Shown one piece after another: positions 38,181 to 49,243 of a stretch of DNA of 64,000 nt. Source of the stretch: Squalus acanthias (lineage: Eukaryota); NCBI GenBank assembly GCA_030390025.1, contig CM059432.1, forward strand, positions 147,748,001 through 147,812,000, written 5' to 3'. The number at the start of each line of letters is the position of its first letter. Position 1 is the stretch's first letter. The notes under the pieces are model-generated. The model did not search any database and was not told where the DNA came from. It was given only the letters and a program-made list of their open reading frames with translations. Both the position numbers and the translations under genes were made by a program.

Positions 38181-38373
38181 TGTCGTAAGAATGAGCCTTA
38201 CACGTGGTGAACTTAAAGTAAGCTTTAATCAACTAAAAAGGTGCTACATACAAAAGAGGTCTTACTCTATGCCTCTCCAGGATCCAACTAATCAGCCCAG
38301 TATTTATTCTGGACTAATCACAGGAAGTGATGCAATAAAGTTCGAGTCACAGGAAGCTGTTTGTGTTACCACA
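38181..38373 (-). repeat. 5' LTR
   Basis: Direct repeat of 33895-34088. Confidence 0.95.
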
Positions 38374-38457
38374 ATCAGCATACTCAGTTTTCTCATAGTT
38401 CAGTCATTCATGAAATAAAGTCAGCGTATGTGTCAGAGATATTTATAATTCTGTCAC

Positions 38458-39130
38458 CAGCTATCTGTGAGCTACCTGTCTCTACACCTCCAACTCAGAG
38501 GGATGCAGGTGTGCCTCTACTCCCCAGAGCGTCCTCCTCTGCGTCAGTGAGCTGGACTATTTATGGCAGTCCACCTCCAGTCCTCTCCCTCTCCTTTGCG
38601 TTTTGCACTCTCTTCTCCTACATGGGGCGAAGATACAGACCTGTGAGTGAGTGAAGGTCAGGTATTCACCCGACAGATGCAGTGCATTCGGTGAAGGTGA
38701 CGATGAGACAGATGCATCACATTGCATAAGGACTGGGGTGAGTGTCGATGGTGGGTGGATAAATGGGGAGGTGATGAAGAGCATAGAAAGTGAAGGCTGG
38801 GTGCTGCTGAAAGTTGAGTGGGAGTGAGGAGTGATGTGATGGAGAACACTTAGCAAGACAGAGTGAAGAGGTGAGGGCTTAAAACACAGATGTAGTTGAA
38901 TCAGCAAATATACTCACTTTCCCTGACCTGGTTCCTATATCATATCCATGAACGCTCCTCCTGCTCATCTCCTCAGCTACCTCCAACCACAGCCTTCTCG
39001 GTGAGAACCACAGGCTTCTTCCGACCATTGCTGGGGAAAAGTGTGCCCTCCTGCTCCTGACTGCACCCAGCCGTAATTCCAGCAAGGCGGCATTCTATCT
39101 CGGTGCTGCCTTGCTCTATATCCACCATCC
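38458..39130 (-). pseudogene. Harbinger Myb/SANT gene exons 1-2
   Basis: LGAVRSRR...WLEVAEEMSRRSV...RSGK|GTGAGT; exon 2 EKRVQNAKERERTGGG with stops. Confidence 0.8.
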
Positions 39131-39465
39131 ATCCTGGACACCTTCAATTTCCATTGGCGCACTGCCCCTTTAATTAGAGCTGAGATCGCAGCTTGGAGGC
39201 ACAAAACCCGGAAGTCAAAATTAATTGCTGCCATTGAGTCTAGATCGCAGATTCCAACCTGCTCAGTTGACTTCTGGGTTTCCTCCATGCAATTCCACCC
39301 CTGCTCACAAGCCACCTTCAGATTAATATTGGGGCCTAGGAGTCATTTTATGAGTCTGTGCTGCCATTATGGTCAGAAACTCATGGGCAGCTCACTCTGG
39401 ATTTCCAGTGGGCAAAGCTCCACTCTGGCAGAGCGAATTCTGAAATGACCCTCTATATACCATAA

Positions 39466-39693
39466 TAAAAACAGAAAACGCTGGAAACACTCAGCAGGTC
39501 AGGCAGCATCTGTGAAGAGAGAAACAGAGTTAACGTTTCAGGTCGATGACCCTTCGTCAGAACGACGGGACATTGACCTGAAACGTTAACTCTGTTTCTC
39601 TCTCTCTCCACAGATGCTGCCTGACCTGCTGAGTATTTCCAGCATTTTCTGTTTTTATTTCAGATTCCCAGCATCCGCAGTATTTTGCTTTTG
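39466..39693. mobile_element. Inverted pair of Penelope-like termini
   Basis: ~80-bp inverted arms; hammerhead core on - strand. Confidence 0.75.
39515..39563 (-). ncRNA. Minimal hammerhead ribozyme motif
   Basis: GTT-CTGACGA-AGGGTCATCGACCT-GAAA-CGTT-AAC. Confidence 0.65.
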
Positions 39694-39997
39694 CCTCTAT
39701 ATGCCAGCTCCGGCTGAGTGAAGTGATTTATTTCACCTTTGACAGAGCTCCTTCGGGATTTTGCACATGTACAGAAGAAGTCGAGTGTAATCAGAGTGAA
39801 AACTACAGCATGATCTAAATATTTCTGAAATGGGAACAAACCGGTAACATGCCTCAGTTACAAGCAGCAGATTCAACACTGGGTTTATTTTATACAAAGG
39901 GAGTCAGGATCTTATAGAACATAGAACATAGAACAGTACAGCACAGTACAGGCCCTTCGGCCCTCGATGTTGTGCCGAGCATTGTCCGAGACCAAGA

Positions 39998-42904
39998 TCA
40001 AGCTATCACACTCCCTATCACTCTGGTGTGCTCCATGTGCTTATCCAATAATCGCTTGAAAGTTCCTAAAGTGTCCGACTCCACTATCACAGCAGGCAGT
40101 CCATTCCACACCCCAACCACTCTCTGAGTAAAGAATCTACCTCGGACACCCCTTCTATATCTCCCCCCATGCACCTTATAGTTATGCCCCCTTGTAACAG
40201 CTACCTCCACCCGAGGAAATAGTCTCTGAACATCCACTCTATCTATCCCCCTCATCATCTTATAAACCTCTATTAAGTCGCCTCTCATCCTCCTCCGCTC
40301 TAAAGAGAAAAGCCCCAACTCCCTCAATCTTTCCTCATAAGACCTCCCCCCCAAACCAGGCAGCATCCTGGTAAATCTCCTCTGCACTCTTTCCAATGCT
40401 TCCACGTCCTTCCTATAGTGAGGTGACCAGAACGGCACACAATATTCCAAATGTGGTCTCACCAAGGTCCTGTACAGTTGCAGCATAACCTCACGGTTCT
40501 TAAACTCAAACCCCTTGTTAATAAACGCTAACACACTATAGGCCTTCTTTACTGCTCTATCCACTTGAGTGGCAACCTTCAGAGATCTGAGGATATGAAC
40601 CCCCAGATCCCTCAGTTCCTCCACGTTCCTCAGAACCCTGCCGTTGACCCTGTAATCCTTATTCAAATTTGCCCTACCAAAATGAATCATCTCGCACTTA
40701 TCAGGGTTAAATTCCATCTGCCATTTTTCAGCCCAGCTCTGCATCCTATCAATGTCTCTTTGCAGCTTACAACAGCCCTCCACCTCATCCACTACTCCAC
40801 CAATCTTGGTGTCATCAGCAAATTTACTGATCCACCCTTCAGTCCCCTCCTCCAAGTCATTGATAAAAATCACAAACAGCAGAGGACCCAGCACCGACCC
40901 CTGTGGCACACCGCTGGTAACTGGTCTCCAGTCCGAAAATTTTCCATCCACCACCACCCTCTGCCTTCTATGAGATAGCCAGTTACTTATCCAATCGGCC
41001 AAATTTCCCTCTATCCCACAACTCCTTACTTTCTTCATGAGCCGACCATGGGGAACCTTATCAAACGCCTTACTAAAATCCATGTATACGATATCAACTG
41101 CTCTACCTTCATCTACACACTTAGTTACCTCCTCAAAGAATTCAATCAAATTTGTTAGGCAAGACCTACCCTTCACGAATCCGTGTTGACTATCCCTGAT
41201 TAAGTTGCCTCTTTCCAAATGGTCATAAATCCTATCCCTCAGGACCTTTTCCATTATCTTACCAACCACCGAAGTGAGACTAACTGGCCTATAATTACCA
41301 GGGTCATTCCTATTTCCTTTCTTGAAGAGAGGAACAACATTCACCACTCTCCAGTCCTCTGGCACCATCCCCGTGGACAGTGAGGACCCAAAGATCAAAG
41401 CCAAAGGCTCTGCAATCTCCTCCCTTGCCTCCCAAAGAATCCTAGGATATATCCCATCTGGCCCAGGGGACTTATCGACCCTCAGGTTCTTCAAAATTGC
41501 TAAAACATCTTCCCTCAGAACATCTACCTCCTCCAGCCTATCCACCTTTATCACACTCTCATCCTCAAAAACATGGCCCCTCTCCTCGGTGAACACTGAC
41601 GAAAAGTATTCATTCATCACCTCTCCTATCTCTTCTGACTCCATGCACAAGTTCCCACTACTGTCCTTGACCGGCCCTACCCTCACCCTGGTCATTCTTT
41701 TATTTCTCACATAAGAGTAAAAAGCCTTGGCGTTTTTCTTGATCCGACCCGCCAAGGACTTCTCATGCCCCCTCCTAGCTCTCCTAAGCTCTTTTTTTAG
41801 CTCATTCCTTGCTACCTTGTACCCCTCAATCGACCCAACTGAACCTTGTTTTCTCATCCTTACATACGCTTCCTTTTTCCTCTTGACTAGACATTCAACC
41901 TCTTTTGTGAACCATGGTTCTCTCACTCGGCCATTTCCTCCCTGCCTGACAGGGACATACCTATCAAGGACACGCAGTAATTGCTCCATGAAAAAGCTCC
42001 ACTTTTCGTTTGTGCCTTTCCCTGATAGTTTCTGTTCCCATCTTATGCTCCCTAATTCTTGCCTAATCGCATCATAATTACCCCTCCCCCAATTATAAAC
42101 CCTGCCCTGCCGTATGGCCCTATCCCTCTCCATTGCAATAGTGAAAGTCACCGAATTGTGGTCGCTATCTCCAAAGTGCTCTCCCACATACAAATCAAAC
42201 ACTTGGCCCGGTTCATTACCCAGTACCAAATCCAATGTGGCCCCACCTCTTGTCGGCCTATCCACATATTGTGTCAGGAAACCTTCCTGCACACACTGTG
42301 CAAAAACTATTCTATCCGAACTGTTTGACCTATAAAGGTTCCAATCAATATTTGGAAAGTTGAAGTCATCCATGACAACTACTCTGTGACCTCCACACCT
42401 ATTCATAATCTGCTTTGCAATTTCTTCCTCCACATCTCTATTACTATTTGGGGGCCTGTAGAAAACTCCTAACAACGTGACCGCTCCTTTCCTATTTCTA
42501 ACTTCAGCCCATATTACCTCAGACGGCAGATCCCCCTCGAACTGCCTTTCTGCCGCTGTTAAACTATCCTTGATTAACAATGCTACTCCTCCACCTTTCT
42601 TACCACCTTCCCTACTCTTACTGAAACATCTATACCCCGGAACTTCCAACAACCATTCCTGTCCCTGTTCTAACCATGTCTCCGTAATGGCCACCACATC
42701 GTAGTCCCAAGTACCAATCCACGCTCCAAGTTCTCCTACCTTATTCCGGATGCTCCTTGCATTAAAGTAGACACACTTCAAGCCACCTTCCTGTCTGCCG
42801 GTACATTCCTGCGACCTTGATACCCTCCTCAGTACCTCCCTACACTCACCACTGGCTCCTGGACTACAGCCCTTTTTCCCATCCCCCTGACAAATTAGTT
42901 TAAA
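39998..42904 (-). CDS. CR1 ORF2, intact APE endonuclease + reverse transcriptase (no upstream ATG)
   Basis: YFNARS, AITETW, DDFN, SDH, MDFSKAFD, GVPQGSVLGP, FADD in one open frame; the ORF-track start at 43015 is TTG. Confidence 0.93.
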   Translation of the reverse strand, partial: FKLICQGDGKKGCSPGASGECREVLRRVSRSQECTGRQEGGLKCVYFNARSIRNKVGELGAWIGTWDYDVVAITETWLEQGQEWLLEVPGYRCFSKSREGGKKGGGVALLIKDSLTAAERQFEGDLPSEVIWAEVRNRKGAVTLLGVFYRPPNSNRDVEEEIAKQIMNRCGGHRVVVMDDFNFPNIDWNLYRSNSSDRIVFAQCVQEGFLTQYVDRPTRGGATLDLVLGNEPGQVFDLYVGEHFGDSDHNSVTFTIAMERDRAIRQGRVYNWGRGNYDAIRQELGSIRWEQKLSGKGTNEKWSFFMEQLLRVLDRYVPVRQGGNGRVREPWFTKEVECLVKRKKEAYVRMRKQGSVGSIEGYKVARNELKKELRRARRGHEKSLAGRIKKNAKAFYSYVRNKRMTRVRVGPVKDSSGNLCMESEEIGEVMNEYFSSVFTEERGHVFEDESVIKVDRLEEVDVLREDVLAILKNLRVDKSPGPDGIYPRILWEAREEIAEPLALIFGSSLSTGMVPEDWRVVNVVPLFKKGNRNDPGNYRPVSLTSVVGKIMEKVLRDRIYDHLERGNLIRDSQHGFVKGRSCLTNLIEFFEEVTKCVDEGRAVDIVYMDFSKAFDKVPHGRLMKKVRSCGIEGNLADWISNWLSHRRQRVVVDGKFSDWRPVTSGVPQGSVLGPLLFVIFINDLEEGTEGWISKFADDTKIGGVVDEVEGCCKLQRDIDRMQSWAEKWQMEFNPDKCEMIHFGRANLNKDYRVNGRVLRNVEELRDLGVHILRSLKVATQVDRAVKKAYSVLAFINKGFEFKNREVMLQLYRTLVRPHLEYCVPFWSPHYRKDVEALERVQRRFTRMLPGLGGRSYEERLRELGLFSLERRRMRGDLIEVYKMMRGIDRVDVQRLFPRVEVAVTRGHNYKVHGGRYRRGVRGRFFTQRVVGVWNGLPAVIVESDTLGTFKRLLDKHMEHTRVIGSVIA

Positions 42905-43287
42905 CCCCCCCGAAGAGCCGTAGCAAATTTCCCTCCCAGGATATTGGTGCCCCTCTGGTTCAGGTGCAAACCGTCCTGTTTGTACAGGTCCCACCTTCCC
43001 CAGAATGCGCTCCAATTATCCACATACCTGAAACCCTCCCCCCTACACCATCCCTGCAGCCACGTGTTTATCTGCACTCTCTCCCTGTTCCTCAACTCGC
43101 TGGCACGTGGCACCGGCAACAAACCAGAAATTACAACATGGCTTATACTGGCTCTCAGCTTCCAACCTAGCTCCCTAAATTCCTGTTTTAAATCCCCGTC
43201 CCTTCTCCTACCTATGTCGTTGGTACCGACGTGTACCACGACTTGTGATTGTTCCCTCTCCCCCTTGAGGATTCTGGAAACACGGTC
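42895..43287 (-). pseudogene. CR1 ORF1 SGNH-esterase domain, 5'-truncated
   Basis: VHVGTNDIG...DGLHLN...GLN*. Confidence 0.9.
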
Positions 43288-43599
43288 TAATCAGAGGAAG
43301 CAATGTAATTCACTGCCACTTGTAAGCTATCTTTCTGTAGCTGTACAAGCACTGGTAGTTCTGCTAAGAAGTCCTCTCCCGTCATTGATAGCGCTGACTT
43401 ACAAACTCTTCAACAAACCTGTGAGGACAACCTGCAGATCTTTAAAGTACAAGACAAGGGTCTGGTTCAATATCTGTATGGAGGTTAAAATAGCCATTGG
43501 GATGTGCTGTACAAGTAGAAGGCCCAAATCAATCCATTACTGGGAGGAAGTAATGGTGCTGCTTAACTACAGGGGTCAGGGCTGAAGAGGGCAGTCATT

Positions 43600-44343
43600 G
43601 GCCCAGAAATTAAAGACGGAGCCTTCCTGCGGGGGTAAGGCTTCCCCGCGATATCTCACTGCGCGCCTGCCTTTTCATTCCGAGCTCACACGAACTTTAC
43701 TTTCAAGACTGCAGCTGTGCAGTGCTTGCGTATCCCACAGACGCAGTTAATTCGTGCGAGCTGTGGGATCACGTGATTCAGTTAGAGCCAATGGCAGCAC
43801 ACCATCTTTCATTCATAGTTTTGACAGCAAGGGCTGTGAAAGCTATGAATCTATACCCCCCCAAAAGAACAGCTAAACCTCAATTAAATTTAAATAAAAA
43901 CCCATCACATTAATAAAATAACTATAGTTAAATAAATTAACCACTTTAAACAAAAAATTAAATTTTTGAAAAAATTTAAAATCTTTTTAAAAGTTATAAA
44001 AATAAACTTACCTTTCTTTAAAGTCTCTAAAAAAGATATACCTGTTGAAAAAAATTTAAAATAATACTTAATTAACTACTTACCTTGTTAAAAGAGGGTC
44101 TTACGCCTCCTTTCTTTATGTGCAAAATCTTCCATGCTTACCTACGCGTTCAAAGCACTAAGTGCACTGCATGCGCGCAGCCTGTAGCGCGCACGCGGTT
44201 CACTTAGGAATCGCCCCCTTTTGAAATCACCAAGTGCCGGTTTTCAGCGCATGCGCAGTGCATGCAGAAAACCGGCAATTGGAGACAGAATACGCGAGAG
44301 TACACAGTGCGTACTCTCGCGTAGTAAGACTAATTTTTGGGCC
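43600..44343. mobile_element. Harbinger-type MITE (copy 3, inverted)
   Basis: TIRs GGCCCAGAAATTA / TAATTTTTGGGCC; TSD ATT. Confidence 0.88.
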
Positions 44344-44377
44344 ATTACCTCCAAGCAGCCATCCAGCTCTTCGTTGA

Positions 44378-46540
44378 CTAGCATGATTTCTTTGCTTTTA
44401 TATTCTATGCCTCTATTTATAAACACAATTAACCCATATGCTTTTTTAACCACCTTATCAACTTGCTCTGCCACCTTTAAGGATGTGTGTATATGGACAC
44501 CAAGGTCTCTCTGCTCATCTAAACTTTTCAAAATCACACCATTTATAGTGTACGGTCTTTCCAGATTAGTCCTCCCAAAGTGCATCACTTCACACTTCTC
44601 CGCATTGAACTCCATCTGCCATGCTTCTGCCCATTTCACCATCCTGTCTATGTCATCCTGAAGTCTACAACTATCCTCATCACTATCTACTACATTGCCA
44701 AGTTTTGTATCATCTGAAAATTTATAATGCTGCTCCCTACACCCGAGTCTAGGTTGTTTATAAAATTTTAAAAGAGTAATGGACCCAAAACTGACCCTTG
44801 GGGAACACCACTGGAAACCACCTCCCAGTCTGCAAAACATCCTCCACCACCCTTTGCTTCCTGTCACTGAGCCAATTCTGTATCCATACCACCACTTTCC
44901 CCATAATTCCATGGGCTCCCATCTTCTTAATAAACCTCCTGTGTGGCACTTTGTCGAATGCCTCCCAAAAGTCCATATATACAACATCTACTGCATTATC
45001 TTGATCAATCTTCTCTGTTGCCTCAACAAAGAATTCAATCAAGTTAGTCAGACACAATTTGCCTTTAACAAATCCATGCTGGCTCTCCTTGATTAACCCA
45101 TGCCTTTCCAAATGAAAGTTTATTTTGTCCCTGATAATGGTTTCCAATAACATCCCCACCACCAATGTTAGGCTGACTGGCCTGTAGTTTCCTAGTTTAT
45201 CCCGCTCCCCTTTCTTGAATAGTGGTATAACATTAGCAACCCCGCAGTCCTCCAGTAACCCTCCAGTATCCAATGAGGATTGAAACATTTTGACCAATGC
45301 CTCTTCTATTTCTACCATTGCTTCTTTCAGCAACCTAGGATGCATTCCATCCAAGGCTCACCAACTCGTCAAGGCTTCTTCGGCAGCACGTCCCAAACCC
45401 GCGACCTCTACCACATAGAAGGACAAGGGCAGCAGGCGCATGGGAACACCACCACCTCCAAGTCACACACCATTCCTGACTTGGAAGTATATCGGCCGTT
45501 CCTTCATCGTTGCTGGGTCAAAATCCTGGAACTCCCTCCCTAACAGCACTGTGGGAGCAATGTTCCCGCTAAGGTGCACATGCGCGGCCACGCAGCAATC
45601 TGACAGGTCCCGCGCGGGCCGCTCACCAGCGTTTACACTGTAAATACCGCGCGTGTGCTGAAATTTAAAGGGACAGCGCATTAAAAGAAACAGGCCGCGC
45701 AGAACAAAGCGCAGCTTAAAGGGAACCTTCTGTGGGATTTCCTTCACTACACGGACTGCTGCGGTTCAAGAAGGTGGCTCACCACTAACTGCTCAAGGAG
45801 CAATTAGGGATGGATAATAAATGCTGGCTTTCCCAGCGACTCACACATCCTGTGAATGAATAAATTTTAAAAATTTAAATCCAGGCCAGGTGGCTTACCA
45901 ACTTTCAGTAATGTTAATCTTTTTAGTATATCTTCTCGATCTATTACTAGTCTGTCCATAACTTTTCTCTCCTCTTTTAATGTAACCTTCACATCATATA
46001 ACTTCTTTGTGAAGACAGGTGCAAAGTATTCATTTAATACTTTAGCCATGTCCTCTGCCTCCACATTAAGATTTCCCTTTGGGTCCTTAATAGGCCCAAC
46101 TTTTTCCCTAGCTAACCTCTTACAATTTCAAATGTTTCAGGGTTCAATTTAATGTTGCCTGCTAATCTTTTCTCGTAACCTCTTTTTGCCTCCCGTATTA
46201 ACTTTTTCAATTCCCTCCTGTACTTCCCATAATCTTCCTGGTTATTAACTGAATCTTGCTCTTGCCATTTGTTATAAGCCTCCATTTTCTGTTTTAATTT
46301 AACTTTTATTTTCTTTGTCGTCCAGGGCGCATTAGCTTTGGAGGCTCTACCTTTTCCCTTCAAAGGAATATGCCTTGTTTGTACTTGAACTGTCTCTTCC
46401 CTGAATGCCTTCCATTGCTTTACCCTGCAATCGCCTTTTCCAGTCTACCTGCGCTCGGTCCCTTCTGAAATTAGCTCTTCCCCAGTTGAGCATATTTACC
46501 TTCGATATTTTCTGGTCTCTTTCCATAATTAGTCTAAAGT
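44378..46540 (-). mobile_element. Old CR1 ORF2 fragments interrupted by another LINE 3' end (~45355-45870)
   Basis: MDFWEAFDKVPH, FSDDTKLG, KVLNEYFAPVFT. Confidence 0.8.
45558..45730. mobile_element. hAT-type MITE, 173 bp
   Basis: CAATGTTCCCGCTAAG / CTTAAAGGGAACCTTC ends; 8-bp TSD TGTGGGAG/TGTGGGAT. Confidence 0.8.
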
Positions 46541-47365
46541 GAAAGAATGTTTTAGTCTGTACTCTACTTGTCTTACATAGCACTTACAGCACAGCAACAG
46601 GCCATTCGGCCCAACTTGTACCTAAATATTTCTAGTTGCGGGCCTGTTATTTTATCTTTCAACTTTTCTACCCAATTAATCTGGGTTGACTCCCTTGTCA
46701 TTTATATAAAGCTGGTTCTTTTTCATTATCTTTGTTTTAGACTCTGTTTTTATTTCATCTATTCTGACTGTGAACCTAATTGTGTTACGATCACTGGCCC
46801 CAAAATCTTTTCCACTTTTAGTTTACATAAGAACATAAGAAATAGGAGCAGGAGTCGGCCATTCGGCCCCTCGAGCCTGCTCTGCCATTCAATGAGATCA
46901 TGGCTGATCTTCTACCTCAACTCCACCTTCCCGCACTATCCCCATATCCCTTGATTGCCTTGGTAACCAAAAATCTATTGATCTCTGCCTTGAATATACT
47001 CAATGACTGAGCATCCACAGCCCTCTGGGGTAGAGAATTCCAAAGATTCACAACCATTTGAATGAAGAAATTTCTCCTCATCTCAGTCCTAAATGGCCGA
47101 CCCCTTATTCTGAGACTGTGACCCCTGGTTCTGGACTCCCCAGCCAGGGGAAACATCCTCCCAACATCTAACCTGTCAAACCCTTTAAGAATTTTTTATG
47201 TTTCAATGAGATCCCCTCTCATTCTTCTAAACTCTAGAGAATATAGGCCTAGTCTACTCAATCTACCCTCATAGGACAATCCCCCCCATCCCAGGAATCA
47301 GTCTGGTGAACCTTCGCTGCACTCCCTCTAAGGCAAGTGTATCCTTCCTTAGGTAAGGAGACCAA

Positions 47366-49243
47366 GGCCTAGAAATTGGAACCTTTAGCGCCGGACATTA
47401 AATCTAGTTCTGAAGAAAAAATGGCGGCTGCCTCACTTTCGCCCACTTCCAGCACGGAATGCGGTGGCCGCCATATTGGGCACGTCGGCAGCACTGCCGG
47501 TTGCCTGCGCTCACCGCAAATATTTTAATGGCCAGGAGCGTGACGTCAATCGGCGTGCAACACCGAATTGATGCACGCTCAGAGATCTTGGACGTCGCTG
47601 CTCCTCTTACCTCCCTCCCCAAAGCACGCCCGTGCCTGCAGCCGTTGCCAGCGCGTAGAGCCGGGAGAAAGCATCTTCAATAACTCTGCAGAGTATGTCC
47701 AGTCCAGTGAGCTGGTTCATTGTGAGTGCTGCAGAAACACATCAGCAGATTGAATGCCTGTTCTATACACGTTGGATGCCAGCACTCAACCAGAGCAGGT
47801 CACTGAGTTCTGCCATGTAATGTGTACATAACAGCATATGGTTACACATAGTCTGGGGGACTTGTACTGCATCTAAAGGCCTGATACATTACTGTCGGTC
47901 AGTTGTTTCAGTAAACTGGAAGTGAAATGATATTTGGGCTTTGTAAATGTTTACTGTTATTGTTCCAAACATCAGTAATTGAATATGCATCATGTTCCTC
48001 TGGAGTAACAGGTGTGTGCTTATTACTTTTTCAATGAAAGCAGACCCAACGACTTTTCCTTACCTAAGAAAGGATATACTTGCCATAGAGGGAGTGCAGC
48101 GAAGGTTCACCAGATTGATTCCTGGGATGGCAGGACTGTCGTATGAGGAGTGATTGGGTCGACTAGGCCTGTATTCACTAGAGTTTAGAAGAATGAGAGG
48201 GGATCTCATTGAAACGTATAAAATTCTGACCGGGCTAGACAGACTGGATGCAGGGAGGATGTTTCCCCTGGCTGGGGGGTCTAGAACGAGGGGTCACAGT
48301 CTCAGGATACGGGGTAGGACATTTAGGACTGAGATGAGGAGAAATTTCTTCACTCAGAGGGTGGTGAACCTGTGGAATTCTCTACCACAGAAGGCTGTGG
48401 AGGCCAAGTCACTGAATATATTTAAGAAGGAGACAGATAGATTTCTAGACACAAAAGGCATCAAGGGATATGGGGAGAGAGCGGGAATATAGTATTGAGA
48501 TAGAGGATCAGCCATGATCATATTGAATGGCGGAGCAGGCTCGAAGGGCTGAATGGCCGACTCCTGCTCCTATTTTTCTATGTTCTATTCTATGTTTCTA
48601 TGTTTTCCCTGTTTCTGAAGGAATTTGTACATCTGCATTTACTCGTATCGATATTCAGGTGTTCGGGGTATCCAGTAAACTTTTCACATCTCTCGGCTCT
48701 GACATCCAGCATTGCAAACAAATCTCCCAATTCCAGGACACCATCACCCTTTCAAAATGCTCATCCAGGTACTTTCTAGAGAGATATACTCCTAAAAAGA
48801 CTTATAGTGAAAAGCCTCTGTAATAACAAAGCTTATTCACTATGTATGTGTAATAGAAGAATAAGCTGCTTTTATTTTTGTTCTCAGGAGCAGAATTGGA
48901 AATATTGGTTTGCATTCTTTAAAATATGACAGATTAGTCTATTTTTACACTTTCATTTCTCATGCATACCCTCTCTGTCAACTGAGAAACATAACCGGAA
49001 ACATAGCAGGGTCACTTTAACAAATCGCGGTTTCCTGAGAACACCGCACAGATCCTTTAGACCCAACCTTCGGGCTCCCGCTGATTTTACCGCCGGACAG
49101 AGCGCGCTGCACGGGAGGTTCTGCGCTGCGCTCATTTAAATCAGCAGGCAGCACCAAAATACCTGCGCGCTTTTTGTGGGCGGCTGTTAACTTTGACCCA
49201 CGATGGCACCGCCTGTTTTCAGGCTTAATAGAATTTCTAGGCC
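47366..49243. mobile_element. Non-autonomous Harbinger-type element
   Basis: Perfect 12-bp TIR GGCCTAGAAATT/AATTTCTAGGCC; TSD CAA. Confidence 0.88.
48055..48603 (+). mobile_element. CR1 3' fragment nested in the Harbinger element
   Basis: ORF 48154-48492 and tail. Confidence 0.92.

Larger units (their letters stand above)
33895..38373 (-). mobile_element. Intact young Ty3/Gypsy LTR retrotransposon (Mag-like gag)
   Basis: 194/193-bp LTRs differing by one substitution and one indel; flanks ATCAC/ATCAG; single uninterrupted gag-pol ORF. Confidence 0.97.
26289..39336. mobile_element. Complete-outline, defunct PIF/Harbinger transposon containing nested CR1 and Gypsy
   Basis: TAG on both flanks (26286-26288, 39337-39339); degenerate ends GAGGGGAATCTTAACC / GATTAATATTGGGGCC; + strand transposase convergent with - strand 3-exon Myb gene. 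Confidence 0.7.
39915..43287 (-). mobile_element. CR1 LINE truncated within ORF1, ORF2 intact
   Basis: ORF1 esterase fragment, open ORF2, distinct tail ending (TTCTATG)n. Confidence 0.95.

Noticed and set aside
42905..43015. N-terminal extension of the 1005-aa ORF
   Set aside because: Starts at TTG and merely overlaps ORF1; probably not translated
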